From Halocafeteria seosinensis (taxonomy: Eukaryota), in NCBI GenBank assembly GCA_001687465.1, contig LVLI01000566.1:1-61073 (forward strand): 61,073 bases of DNA, in the 5' to 3' direction. A program made the translations under genes and the position numbers. Position 1 is the stretch's first letter, and each line of letters begins with the position of its first letter. The notes beneath the pieces were generated by a model, which made no database searches, was not told the DNA's origin, and worked only from the letters and a program-made list of their open reading frames with translations. Of the stretch, positions 1-12,800 are shown in pieces.

Positions 1-840
1 ATTGGAGCAGCTGAGGCTGCAGACTTGAGTGATTTCGAGGGCTTCGAAGATACCTCCGGTAAAGAGGATGAGACCAAGCTCTCTGAGGAAGATGTAGACC
101 TGGTGGACGTCTTTGAGCTGGACGTGGAAGAGTTCTTCGACGGCCCTGATAATCCACTGTACAGCATTGAAGATTTGCTCGAAGAAGCTAGTGAATGCCA
201 AGCGTCGAATTTAGATGGAATCAAGGTTCTCAATGACTTCATTGTTGGCGATAATGAGCTTCATCGCTCCATAGTTCTTGGCTCCCCACCACCGGCGGTC
301 GAACGAAAGAGGAGGGAACCGAAATGTTCGCCCAAACCTGACGCAAATTACAGGGAGAAGATCAATGCGAAAGAGCTGGCAAAACAGTATCTTTCCCAAA
401 GGAACGTTGCATAGCTCTGCAAGAATACACATGTGGAAAGTAAAGTAATAAGATTTGCGGTATCTCAAACCTGCGTGGTGGAAGCCCCTCTGTAGCTTCT
501 ACCGACTCCTCTCGAAATAAAGCCTTTCCGGGGTCGTACAAATAATTTCGGATCCTGCAGCCTACATCTTCTTCGCCAAACCCGTTTCTCAGACACAAGA
601 CCGCAGCTTTCCTCAAGAGCATATCGTCTGCGTTAACGAGGAAACGGCCTTCCGTATTCCCATGTTTAAGCAGCCGAAGAACATCTCTGATATACTCGAA
701 GTAGCACAAGAAGACAAGGAATACGGTTGCATACGCTACTTCTGATGCTATAAACTTCACCTTTTCTCTGGGGTCCTCATGCAGCAGCTGCGGGAGCTGG
801 TTGTTAAGACAAGAATCGATAGGTATACACACAGCTTCTA
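1..840 (+). pseudogene. Degraded reading frame of unknown family (acidic N-terminal part, runs off the left edge)
   Basis: Open acidic frame to TAG 414. Coding-like text continues through stops and a frame change (IISDPAAYIFFAKPVSQ...EYGCIRYF*CYKLHLFSG...). No recognisable motif. Confidence 0.3.
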
Positions 841-1166
841 ATTCTCGCTGTCAATTTGAATTCACCCGCATTCAACATGAGACTTTGTTTGCTGGATTAC
901 CTTTACTTTCGGTCTAGTCTAACACTTACAACTTTGAACTTCTTAGAATTCCACGAAAATGGAAGCCATGGAACAAGAGTCCCAACTCGCCTGTGGAATC
1001 ATTGTTTTTTTCGAAACGACGATAATCGTTTTCTATTGTTTTCTCTTTCCACTTCTTATTAGACTAATACCATAATGCGGGTACGCATATCGGGGATACA
1101 TGCTGTAATTGTGGTGTATATGATTGTCCTACCTAGGTATACTGTACACGTACTGGGTGCCTGCTA

Positions 1167-1208
1167 ACTTCCCGGCCGGTGGGCTATCTGTCACATTTGT
1201 GTGTGTGT
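1167..1208 (+). mobile_element. 42-bp insertion with (TG)n tail and 9-bp TSD; probable 5'-truncated non-LTR retroelement
   Basis: TGCCTGCTA at 1158-1166 and 1209-1217 flanks ACTTCCCGGCCGGTGGGCTATCTGTCACATTTGTGTGTGTGT. Segment 1166-1207 matches 25169-25210 at 41/42. Confidence 0.7.
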
Positions 1209-1262
1209 TGCCTGCTAGCTTAAGTAATTACCAATGCGTTACAGTAGTTGCCTGATTAATAA

Positions 1263-2340
1263 TTATGCCGCGGTGTCGGTAATTGCCCTAGGAGGTACGG
1301 TTTCGTTTTGTCCATCGAAAGCACCGTTGGTTCCTGGGTGACGAATTTGGAATTTGGCGGGTTGATTCAGATTGCAGCTTCCATCGCTTATGGGGTCCCA
1401 AAGGTTACACGCAGACATGGTTATGCAACTACTAACAGCCACTCTCCACGAAGAGAAGCACAAAATGCTCCAATCGATCCCTAGCTTGGTTAAACTGCTC
1501 TGGGGTGAGGACGATGATATCGGTTGTGGTAGCGTTAAAACGATGCGTACCGGGACGATGACGTCATTGGAAAGCTGCACACGACTGACGCCATCCGTCT
1601 CCGTAGCAGTTGTACTGATTACCTTCACGTCTTCAGGAAGATCAAGGTCAGTGCATCCTCTAAGACTCTCAAAGAGGAGTGCTCCGTAGTCCTCTGGTCG
1701 CGAAGGTGGAGAGCCTCCGCCGTTGGATCTGGAGTTTGTCACTCTTCTAGCGTTGAACCGGGAACCGCGTATTCCCAGAGCTCGCGTAAATGCAGTGACT
1801 GTGTTTGTCGCGGCATCATGTTGAACGGAGTATCCATTGGACCAGAGTTATTGGGAGGACGAACAACACAGGTTTCTGGCGTTCGGCCAGAACTACCATG
1901 AGACTTTTGTGGTCGGGTCTGAAGTTGGGTACTACCAGTTGTTTCATCCCTTGGGTTACTTCGAATGAATTGGCCTTCTTGTTGCTCCGGAAGTTCTAAA
2001 TCGTCTGCAAGGTTTTGCTTTTCTTCGGAAATATCCCCCGAGTTAGGAGTGTTGCGGAGGGTAGCTCTCAGAACCTGAAAAAATTCTGTACAATTGCTTT
2101 ATCAACTTTTTCGCCGCTGATGGCTTCAACATTCTGGCTCTTTAAAACGAACTTGCAAAAGGCACAAAACATCAGAGTTAGCACCTGTTTGTTGCTGTAT
2201 ACATCTTCCTTAAGTGTCAAATCCTTGATCTGTGCCTTCTTAGCCTTGACTTCCCACCAGATACTTTCTTTCCTATTATGACCAGTCTGCTTTTAATTCT
2301 GGGTTCATTCTATTTTCCCGTGACTGGAGTCGGATCCTGA
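1263..2340 (-). pseudogene. Degraded reading frame of unknown family
   Basis: One frame reads HNRKESIWWEVKAKK...NFFRF*ELPS...QTI*NFRSN...WILRST* over ~1820-2280 with sparse stops, then shifts into ORF 1263-1742. Confidence 0.3.
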
Positions 2341-4256
2341 ACCGTGTCGGCCTTAAAATTAACTTTCCGTTAACAAGGTCCCTTTCTTGTCTTCGCTTTA
2401 TTACGCAGTTTGCTGATTTTATTGCCAAATTGTAGGGGATTCAACCGCTACTGTGCACGGCTCGAGCTCGCATATAGACCTGTTTCACCCTACCCCACCT
2501 GGGGGATTATCCTCTTTGGAAGGCGGATTGGTTAAAGAAAAGTGGAAATCTGCCGTGCACGGCTGTTCTCACTCCAAATTTGCTGAGATATTCTTGGTGG
2601 CTGCTGAAGCCGCTCTGCGAGGAACCAAAGAGTTACAGAAGGTTACTGAGCCTTGGGACACATTCTGCTCTTACGTTGATACTCTTGCGGCACGTATCTC
2701 AATACTAAACTGTGACTCGCTATCTCAGCGTGGAACCATCTATCCCGGTTCCGCTAACGTAGTCGTTGCTACGTGTGAGGTTCCACACTAGAAAACTGCG
2801 CGGGAGTGTCTTCAGATGTACCATTCTGATTGTTTGTCGCAGCAGGCGCTCCGGGCGGTATAGCGTCGAGCCTTCTCCTTCTTGATTCCTTTCCCCACAG
2901 CGACTGGATGGGAACCAAGACCGACAACACTGCGTGTAAGTTGCCACACAGAGTGATGCACACTCGACCTAGAAACAATTCCGTAACACTTGCCATCTTC
3001 TGTGCAGGGCAGGGCATACCTCCATATAAATCTGTCCCCAAAAGAGCCGTTGCTTGCGCGCAAGGAACTTCGAAAGACTCGTCTACTTTGACCCTAATGC
3101 AGGAGCCCTGCTTAAGGAACTTAACAACGAAAGAGTACTCCGCACGATCAACTGGATAAAGAGTCATCAACAGTAGAGACAACCGCGAATGCAAGAGCCG
3201 ATGAAATTGCAGAAGTAGCCCGCCACCGGGAGGATCGTACGAAACGTTACGGATGCTACCACATCACGAGCTGCAAATGGTGCCAAACGATGAAGATGAT
3301 GGCGAATTCGAAATCCCTATCAATCGCGGAAAACGGATAGAAATACCCCGTTCGATAGTGCTGTAATGCAAGGATGGACAAATAAGGAGATACTAGAGTC
3401 ACAGCAAGCTCGAACATATCCACTGGCTCCCAAGGGTTGTCCACAAGTCGATGATACCCCCGAAGGAACCAATATGACAGCCATGTCACTAAGAATAAAA
3501 TCAGGACTTCTGCCAATTCCAGCGCAGAGACTCGTAGACCGACCGGACATCTTTGGCACAGAACCAGGATGCCCAGCCTGTCACGAACCTCGTTGTTTTG
3601 GGGTATAGTTGTTTTAAGTCAATAATGGGCGGATGATGACATAAAATCTTCGACTGTCAAATGCCTTCAATAAAGAGAATCCTTAAAAAGTAGGTGGACC
3701 AGAAACACTTCAGGATGCTATACAGAGTCAGGGGAAATCCAAGTGGGATAAATCATCCCTCATCAAAGTGGATTCGACCAATGATTACCTCGAGCAATAT
3801 AAGAGCTGCCATGTGGAGGCACGCACCCTCGTTCCTCTCCCATTGACAACTCTTGGAACAAGAAGTTTGTCAAGACCACAATCACTCACACAACTGAGAT
3901 ACTTAAATATACTCCAACGATATTAGATGCATGCCATATCAGGAAATGTTTGCAATATCACTCTGTATATAGGGTCGACTTGAGTCTCAACTTGATTTCA
4001 CTCCGACAGCACAGTGAGTGGAGTGCCGTACAAGAAGGTAGTGAATCAACAGGGTTGTACAGCCATTTGTTTCAAAACAGTGAAGCAAACAGATCCTTTG
4101 TGCTGAGGCTCAGGCTTTATTGCAGTGTACAACCACACCAGGTAGTTGGCGGGCCTGACTTTGGGAGCCGTTTAGCCCCCAGGCTGCCCCAACAGAAGTT
4201 AGCTACTACTACTGTACACGTTTAAACACACCAACTCATTTGACAATAGCGCCAGA

Positions 4257-6066
4257 ATGGCAGCTCCAGAGGAAGCGCCAAAGTTAACATTGGATGAAGC
4301 TATTGAGGGAATCCCTCACTGGTTTATTCCTAGAAAATGCAAAGTGACGGATGAAGTTAGTTGGGCTGAGCGCATTACAGACTGTTTGGATAGGGAGAGA
4401 AGAATTGCGTCAAAAGACATTGAACACGTAGAAGCGCTTCTACGTCCAGAAAGAGCGGATAAGTCCGTTGCTGACGTCCAACGAAACGAGCTACAGCATA
4501 GTCTCGTAGTGGCTTGTTTCCTTTTGGGTGACCGGGGCGCTTGCAGGGCGTATAAAGAAAAACGCCTCAAGGATTTGTACCCTCCCGACGAGAGGGACCA
4601 AATGAAACGGAAAGTTGAAGAGTGGAGAGCGTCGGGGGCCGGTATATTTACCTCATTTACGCAGGAAGTGGGTCCTCTAGTACTTTCGCTGACTGATGCG
4701 CTGTGTGACTTGATTAGGATACTATGCGCGCACGAGATAGGTAAGGTCCTACTATAGATATTTGGTGCGTTGAGATGAGATCCTGGTGATCCTGTGTGTT
4801 TGACTTAAAAAAGTGAGGGCTGCTTCAGCCGTTCGCGACCCTTTTTGTCATTATGAAGTTACATCCTCATTTTTTGGTGGGGGAATTGAGCCTCTCTTCA
4901 AGAGGAGGAGAGATGGTGAATATCAGAAGGGAGGAATCAAGCCGGGGGCTCTGGTTTCCCTGCAATTTTGGGTTTGGTCTTACCAGCATACACCCACCTT
5001 TTTACGTCGATTCAAAGCGGGGGCAATGACTGGTGTGCGCCGAGCTTTTTTGGTGCTCGCTTGGACGTTGACAGCAGGAAAGGAGGAAATGTAAGGGGAT
5101 CAACCTTGGAGAGGATGCCCCCTTCGCCCACGACGTAATTGGTTACCAAAGGCTGTATGTCATCTTATGTGGATTATTTGGTTGTTCCTGCAGGTAGCCG
5201 TGCTGGAGCCGACCGCTTGTTCCGAATTGAACCCAACTACCTTCCCCACGCTGCGAATATCGAGGATAGAGTGGCGAGAGTGTTGGAAGCTCTGGAAACC
5301 CTCCAAGTCCCTCTTTCGGCATTTCGAAGATGCCAAATACTGTCGTATAACAAGAAACCAGTCTATCCTCTCATTTATCACACGGGTCGCTCAACCAAGG
5401 AGACTCTGAGGTTTCTCTGGACCGCAGTGTGCGTTCGTGAGGACACGTGCGATTTCGTCCTACCTCAACCGAGTGGTACCGGAAAAACGCATGCGATGTA
5501 TTTGCTCGGTACAGACGAGGATATTCAAGCTCTGGTTATACTGTGCAACGTAAGGGACAAACCGACGTACAGCACGACCATACCATGGCTCTTCGTCGAG
5601 AATCTAGTCAAATTTACTTCCAGAGTTGCCGCACCTATAATGTTTTCCCTCAAATCCATGCGATGTCATGCATGCAAGCATGACGTTAGTATATGCAACT
5701 ATAATGATAATTTCATGTTTATTTTTAGCTTGTATAGGGTATAACAGAGCTATGGACGTAGAGATTTGTTCCAGCGCGCCAAAAATCCAAAGGCTGGCAG
5801 ACGTCGCCAGTCCGCCAGAGAGACAGCTTGATGGCGTGTTGTTTGGTGCTGCTATCATTTACCACCATTCCCCCTCCCCGGCTACATATGCATTATATGC
5901 CTCTATATTATACGAAATAGAGGGGAGAGGAATCCACAGCATTCTTGTTGAAGCTGGAGTGAGCGCATCCGCAGAGACTGAGGTTCGGCTGCAAAGGGAA
6001 TTCATGCCGAAACGCATCACTAGCAAAAGGAATCCTACCCTGTATACAGTGTATAAAGTGAAGTGA
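4257..6066 (+). pseudogene. Fragmented gene with a P-loop NTPase-like segment (possibly Crinkler-type)
   Basis: Successive + ORFs 4257-4757, 4813-5094, 5139-5744, 5668-6066. Donor GTAAGG at 4741. Walker-A-like FVLPQPSGTGKT (~5453-5488). I could not build a clean spliced model. Confidence 0.35.
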
Positions 6067-6130
6067 AGTGTGCTTCGCTTCGCGTTGAGCTTTTCCTTGT
6101 ACTTGCCATTCAGTTGTGTAATAAATAGAG

Positions 6131-9100
6131 ATGTCGGACTCTGAGAATGTTAAAGTGGCGGTGCGAATGCGCCCCATGAATCAGCGTGAAAAAGACCAGC
6201 AAGCTGAAAAATGCGTGCGCATGTCTGGTCCAACGTCGTATCTGAGGAATCCTGAAAATGATAAGGAAAGAACCTACACATTTGACTTTTCCTACGATTC
6301 GTCTGATCCGAATAACCCCGAGTACGCCACGCAACAGACCGTCTGGAAGGACTTGGGCGAAGGTGTCCTGCAAAATGCGTGGGATGGGTACAATTGTAGT
6401 CTTTTTGCGTACGGACAAACTGGTTCCGGAAAGTCTTACTCTATGGTGGGATACGGTGAAGATCGAGGTATAATTCCCGTGGCTTCCGAGGAGATTTTCA
6501 AGCGTATCCAAAACAACGAAGATGAATCTACCACGTTCAAAGTGGAAACGAGCATGCTCGAAATTTACATGGAAAAGGTATGTCTCCCCTCCTTTCGCTG
6601 CTGCGTGAAGTCTCGTCGTTGACGTATTTCTAACGGACATTTTTCATGAATCTACAGATACGCGATTTGTTTAATCCTCACGAAGGTGTTAACTTGAAAA
6701 TTCGTATGGATCCCAAAGACGGCTTCTTTGTGGAAGGACTCTCTCTTAACCGTGTGACTAGCTACGAACAGGTTGAAAAACTAATGGAAATGGGAAACAA
6801 GGCTCGGACTATCGCCGCCACGAACATGAATGCCACTAGTTCACGTGCCCATACTATTTTCCAAATAAAACTAGTGCAAACCAAAGTTGATGCCGCGGCG
6901 GGTAAGGCGACTGATAAGACATCAAGGCTTAACTTGGTTGATCTTGCCGGAAGTGAGCGGCAGAAAGGAACGGGAGCTACAGGCGATCGACTGAAGGAGG
7001 GTGCCGCTATTAATAAGTCGCTCTCCTCCTTGGGGCAGTGCATTAAGATCTTAGCACACAACAGCGATCCTCATGCCAAGAAACAGAAAGTACCTTACAG
7101 AGATTCTGTTCTCACGCAATTGCTTCAAAATAGTCTAGGTGGGAATGCCAAGACGATCATGATTGCCGCCATCAGTCCTGCAGATATCAACTACGACGAG
7201 ACACTCTCAACGTTGAGATATGCTGACAGCGCTAAACAGATAAAGAACAAAGCAGTTGTGAATGAAGATCCCAATGAGAAACTAATCCGTCAGCTAAGGG
7301 AGGAAATTGAGGAACTGCGAAGGAAAGTCGGGGGTGGTGGTGGCAACGAGGAAGACTTCCAGAAGAAACTCGAAGAAGAGAGAGAACGGATTAGGAAAGA
7401 GATGGAGCAGAAACTTAAGGAAGACATGCTGCAAGAGTCACAAAATGCGGTTTCACAGATGAATGCACAGGTTGATAAGAATGACAACCAAATGCTAGGT
7501 TACTATGATCCACAGCAGAAAGAGCGGATGAAAACTACACCTCATATTTCAAACTTGCATGAAGATCCAATGTTATCGGAGAAGATAATATATTTCATTG
7601 AGGATGGGAAAGAAAGCACCATTGGTCGGCGCGATGCCAAAGAAAAGAAACATGACATTCCACTTGGTGGTCTGTCAATCCTCGAAGACCATGCTGTATT
7701 CAACAATGACGGGGAACGTATCACCTTGAAACCGCAACCCAAAGCGAAGGTATACGTAAATGGTGAAGCTATTACTGAGGAAACCGAGCTGCACCATCGG
7801 TACCGCCTTGTATTTGGCAACAACCATGTGTACAAACTCGTTGTTCCTCGGGAAGCCGGGGAAGATCTCAACGCAAAGCTTCCGAATGAACCCGAGGATG
7901 TCCCGGAGGAAATTACATATGATTTCGTTATGATGGAAATGAACAAATCCCAGGCTGAAGCGGTCGCAGAACAAGACCAAGAGCGACGGAAAGAGATCGA
8001 GAAAGAGCATGAAGATGCCTCAGAGAAAGTGCAGAAAATTGAAAACCAAATCAAGGAAGAGAGAGAGAAGGCAATCAATGATGCCCTTGAAGCGGCCGGT
8101 GGTAACTCATTGTCGGAAGAGGAACAACAGAAAGTTATCGCTGATGCCGAGGAGAAGTTTGAACCTCGCAAGAAGGAACTAGAGAAAGAGATTGAAGACA
8201 CAAAGCAAACTGCCAAGAAACACGAAAAGCAGATTAAGCAGCGTAGCTTACTGGACGAGAAATTACTGAAAACTATACCACTAGTGAATGAAGCTAATGC
8301 GACTGCTGAGGAGCTTGGCAAGACGAAGAGTTTTGAAGTAAAACTGATGGCCAACCAAACCAAACGCTCCTCCTTGGTAAAACAGGGAGGAGATGATGAT
8401 GATGAAGCGGTAATGCACGACAACGAAATTGGGACCGAGGTTTATGTTGTTGTGCATGACAAGGATCCCAAAATTCCGGATGGTTTCTGGCACTATGATA
8501 AGTTTGTAAACCGACTCTATATCATGAGAGAGATGTACCAAATCTTCGTCGAGGAGGGGAGGACTCTAGAGGGCAACCCATACACGGGAGAAAATGACCC
8601 GTTTTTTGATCCTGCCGAAAACGAACGGATTGGTAAAGCAACTATTTACCTTGATCCTTTACTTTATGTTCTTGACGTCGACGAAGCTACCCCTATTATC
8701 GACTACAAAGGGGCCGAAAATGGGGAACTGCTCGTGCGAATGATTCCTCACCTACAGGAAGAGCCACCAGAAGAAGAGGATCTTGATATGCCGGAACAAA
8801 TTGAGGAATTAAAGGGAAAGCCAATCTACATTACGATCTTTATTGATGGAGCTCGCGGCCTCCCCAGAGATCGGAATGTTGGTTTCAATTGCAAGTTTCC
8901 ATTTTATTTGGAAGAAACTAGTGAAACCGAAGAATACCCTTACAAAACGATCAACCCCCGCCTGGACTACCGTAAGACTTTTCAGATTGTTGTGACCGAC
9001 GATTTTATACGATATTTGAATGAAGAAGCCATCGATTTCGAGGTCTTTGGCCGATACGATGACGGATCAGCGTCGTTCGCTCCTGAAGGTAAACGGAATA

Positions 9101-9798
9101 CTGTTTCCGGACGGACTTCAGAGCTGCACGGGAGCTCATCTGCTGTCTCTCTCGAGAAGCAAGATACAGTTGCTCTACAGGACGAGCCGGGTGCTACCAA
9201 AGATTCTGAAAAGCAGGATACCGTTCAGATGAATCCTTCTCAGGACGAACATACGCCTCACGGTGGTGAGGCGTCAACTAGCGAGACTCAGGGTGCCGAC
9301 AATGCCCAGGTTGATAGCAATACATCTGAGCTCCCAGTTGAAGAGGATAATCAGCCGAAGCCTGCTGAAAAAGCGGAATGTCCGGACCAGTCTCACGAAG
9401 AAAAACCCGATGAGCAAGGCAATGAACCGGTAACGAGTATGAAGCCACCGGAAGCGGAAGCTCAGGTCGTCCAGAAGGAGCAGGAGGCTCAGCCTAATGG
9501 TTCGGCTGAGGACACAAAGATGTCTGACAATTTACCCACAAATAATGTGGGCACACACGATGGCATGCAACAAGATGCAACAAAGGACGACACCGGGACG
9601 TCTGAAAAGGCGAACGAGGACGCAGTTCCTGCGGATACTTCCGCGAAGCAACCGCAGCCCAAGCTTTCGATACAAGGGGGCACCGAATCCACTGCTATCC
9701 CCTCGGGCAGTGAGAATGCACAAACGAGCAACGCCGCCAACGAAGGTGGTGAACCCCAACAAAAGAAAAAGGGAAGCAAGGCTTGTATGCTCTTGTAA
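6131..9798 (+). CDS. Kinesin-3 family motor (KIF28/KLP-6/KIF13-like): motor, coiled coil, FHA, C2-like, acidic tail, CaaX; ~1195 aa
   Basis: Exons 6131-6577, 6658-9798 (intron GTATGT...CTACAG joins EIYMEK|IRDL). Motifs VAVRMRP, GQTGSGKS, SSRAH, DLAGSE, VPYRDS, neck NKAVVNEDPN, FHA TIGR...GLSILEDHA...VFGNNH. Ends KKKGSKACMLL. Confidence 0.95.
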
Positions 9799-9890
9799 CT
9801 GACTGGCAATTGAATAAACTCGTAAATCAGTAATCATTTGAGGCATTTATTTAACTGCTACAGCTTGCAACCATTATTCACGGTTTATTT

Positions 9891-12800
9891 CTAGTCAAAG
9901 TAGTACTGATAACGGCTGGTTACCTTGCGAGTTGCTTCATCGACTTTAACACAAAAGGAATGCATTGTTCCGTTTTCCAGGCCAACGAAAAGAAGTGTCT
10001 CATTAGCCGCAAACTGCATGCTCGTAACCGGGGCCTCGAAGGGCAATATAGAAGCCATATGCTGTTTGGTACCATGAGCGCTACGCTTCTGGGGAAGAGC
10101 CCCATTAATGCCGAATGTTGAGTGTAATGTCCAAGAGAGAGGATCATACAGAAAGATAAAGTTGTCCGTCGTGCCTACGAACAGTAATTGGCCATCAGTA
10201 GTCCACAAGTAGCATAATGCTTCCCCATGTAACCAGCATGGCGGTGCGAGTCTTCTACCATACTTATTAAACGAGTGAAGGGACCGCGTCAATTCGTCAT
10301 AGGCTGCTATCATTCCACAAGAAGATATTGTTATCCAACTCGAAGACCAGCTGGACACCGACAACCTGGGTGGGTCGTCATTCGCCGCCCTTGCTGAGAA
10401 AGTGTACCGGCACCGGCCGTCTATTAAACCGGAAATGCACACTGTCGATGAACTGTCGATGGACACCACTAGCTTGTTGTACAAATCGATAGATAAAGAA
10501 CAAACCGGATATTTGTGAACATCGATTATAGCAAGCGGTCTCTCAGCAATGGTGCCTCTAAACGCAGGCCATACTTTGATTGTCCCATCCAATGACCCAG
10601 TCGCAACAATGTCCCAGTTCAGAAAATTGACGTCGTCCTGAATTTCTCCAGAAGAGGCTTCATTCTGTTGAGAGGTTGGCGTGGTCGATCCAGCACTATC
10701 CGTCGCTGTCGGATATTGCGGGTCTGAATCGATGGAACTTGGGCGAGCTCTTGGACTGCCTCCCGTGGAATAAAAATCTTTGTCAGTGTTTTCCCCCGCA
10801 ATCATGGAAAATTCGTCGTCATCCATGCTTTGATTTATTGAAAACCTCGGTGATCTCCTGTCTATCGCCGAAGCCTTTCTCGAGGAGGCGATGGAGAGAC
10901 GAGGGCGATCGACATCTCCATACCTCAATCTCTCCGAGGAAACATTCCGCGATTTCTTTCGGTCGTATTCTTGCTCTGCGAAGAGTGACTGTGCCCGAGA
11001 GCGTCGTTGGGAACTAAATGATGATTCACGGTGATGCAGCCGAAAATTTGCACCGTGAGGTACCTGCGAAACTGATGCCCGCGACGGATGGCGAATCATT
11101 CCGAGAAGCGCAATCATGGAACTTCCTCCGACTCCACATAAGGCAAGTGAAACTGTCGCGACACAGCTTACTCTGTCCTCATGACAGATTTTCGTTTGTC
11201 GCGTATTCCCTGTGTGTATCTCAGTCAAAGTCACTTCACCCGGAACGGCACCGCAAGAAACGATACTGTTGCTATACTCGAGCAGGTCAAACATCCAAGA
11301 GCGAGCTGGTAACCCACTGTTGAAATTGTGATCGATAAACTTCCGCCGCACATGAGAGGCTCCTTCGACATCTTCTGGCGACGTGAGTCGGAGGTCTTTC
11401 AGTTGCGATGCTTTCAGTCGCTGGACGCATGGTAAGCTTGCGTCGAACTTAACTGGTAGGTGATTAGCAATGCCAGTTCCAGCGAACGCGTGGTTCCCAA
11501 TGGCGCCACCACTGTCAATTGACACCAAACGTGTGCCTTCGTTTCCCCCAACTCTACCTTTGTCACAGCTTATAGAAAACGAGCGATGAATTTCTTTCGA
11601 CACTCCACAAAGAAAGCTGACAGGCTGGTTATGTAGCTTTACACCAATAAAGGACGAACTCTCTGTAGCCACAGCATGATGAATATTTTCATCTGAATAG
11701 AAGTAGATGTGTGGTGTTACCTGTAGCTGCTCGGCAATGGATAAGGCAAATATAGGAAGCACTATCCTCTGCTCCTTTTTATCGTGGAATCGGCGGTTCG
11801 GATGTTGAAACGGCTGTGGGGAGCTATCAGTGTCAAGGGCACCACCCTTCCGCGGTTCCCGAAGTCCAACCGAGGGTTCCACCGTTTGAAGGCCAACCAC
11901 TGTCCCACTCTCACCTAGCGCTGTCGACACGGGACTACTGCTAAGAAGCGTTTTAATCCGTTCGCTTGCCAATCGTTGTTTTAGGAGCCTTTCCATTAAC
12001 CCACGGTGCTGTAGAGAGCACGGGAATGGTGGAATCCGCTTGACTGGGCTACGATTTAAATGAGTTGCCGGAACGGTCTTACCATAGCAACCAAAAGTCA
12101 ATCTGACCGACTGAGAGCCCACTGGGATGATCAATGGCGTTTCAAGATTGAACTTCTGATGCTTCTGTTCAAACAACACCGGAGGCATCTGTCCGAAGTC
12201 TTCCAAGAGCGACACCAGGGACCAGCAAGTGTTTGGTTTGTGAACCTTCAAATACGGAACTGCATTACTAACTGGGCCAGGATACATGGTATGGGAGAAA
12301 ATGTTGCAATGTTCCACCGCGTCCTGGCTGTGCTGAGGGTGAGAGTCGGGGTGATATGGTCCGCGTTGTTTTGCACCAAATATAAGATCGATCCATAAAT
12401 GCAAGTTTTGCCGAACGTGCATACTTTCCAACGCTGCACGGTTAACCTTAACAAACCGTTCTGGGGACCCGTGGGCCCAAGGTGGCAGGGCAACATCACC
12501 AACTTCATCTCCCATTTGAGTAGTTCCAAAATCTACACTTCTCCCGGCCTCTAAGAACTCCGGACAATAAAAAAATTCAGGCGGTAGCTCTTTCACATCG
12601 CTGGCACTTGTACTGCAACTCCGGAAGGCACTAGCAACGCTTTTGAACTGTCTATCCGGGGTGTCAAGTTTTCCATCATGCAGGTAAATACTATAGGAAA
12701 GAAATGGCTCCATTCGCTGTAAGTACCAGACTACAAACCCAGCATTCAAGTAGTGCGATCCCCAGTGCCATGGCGGACCACTTGTCAGCAAGTCGCCTAG

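Noticed and set aside
7542..8423. Long antisense ORFs inside the kinesin (and similar ones in METH, BEACH, EFHC)
   Set aside because: Shadow frames of Glu/Lys-rich sense codons, with no independent motifs.
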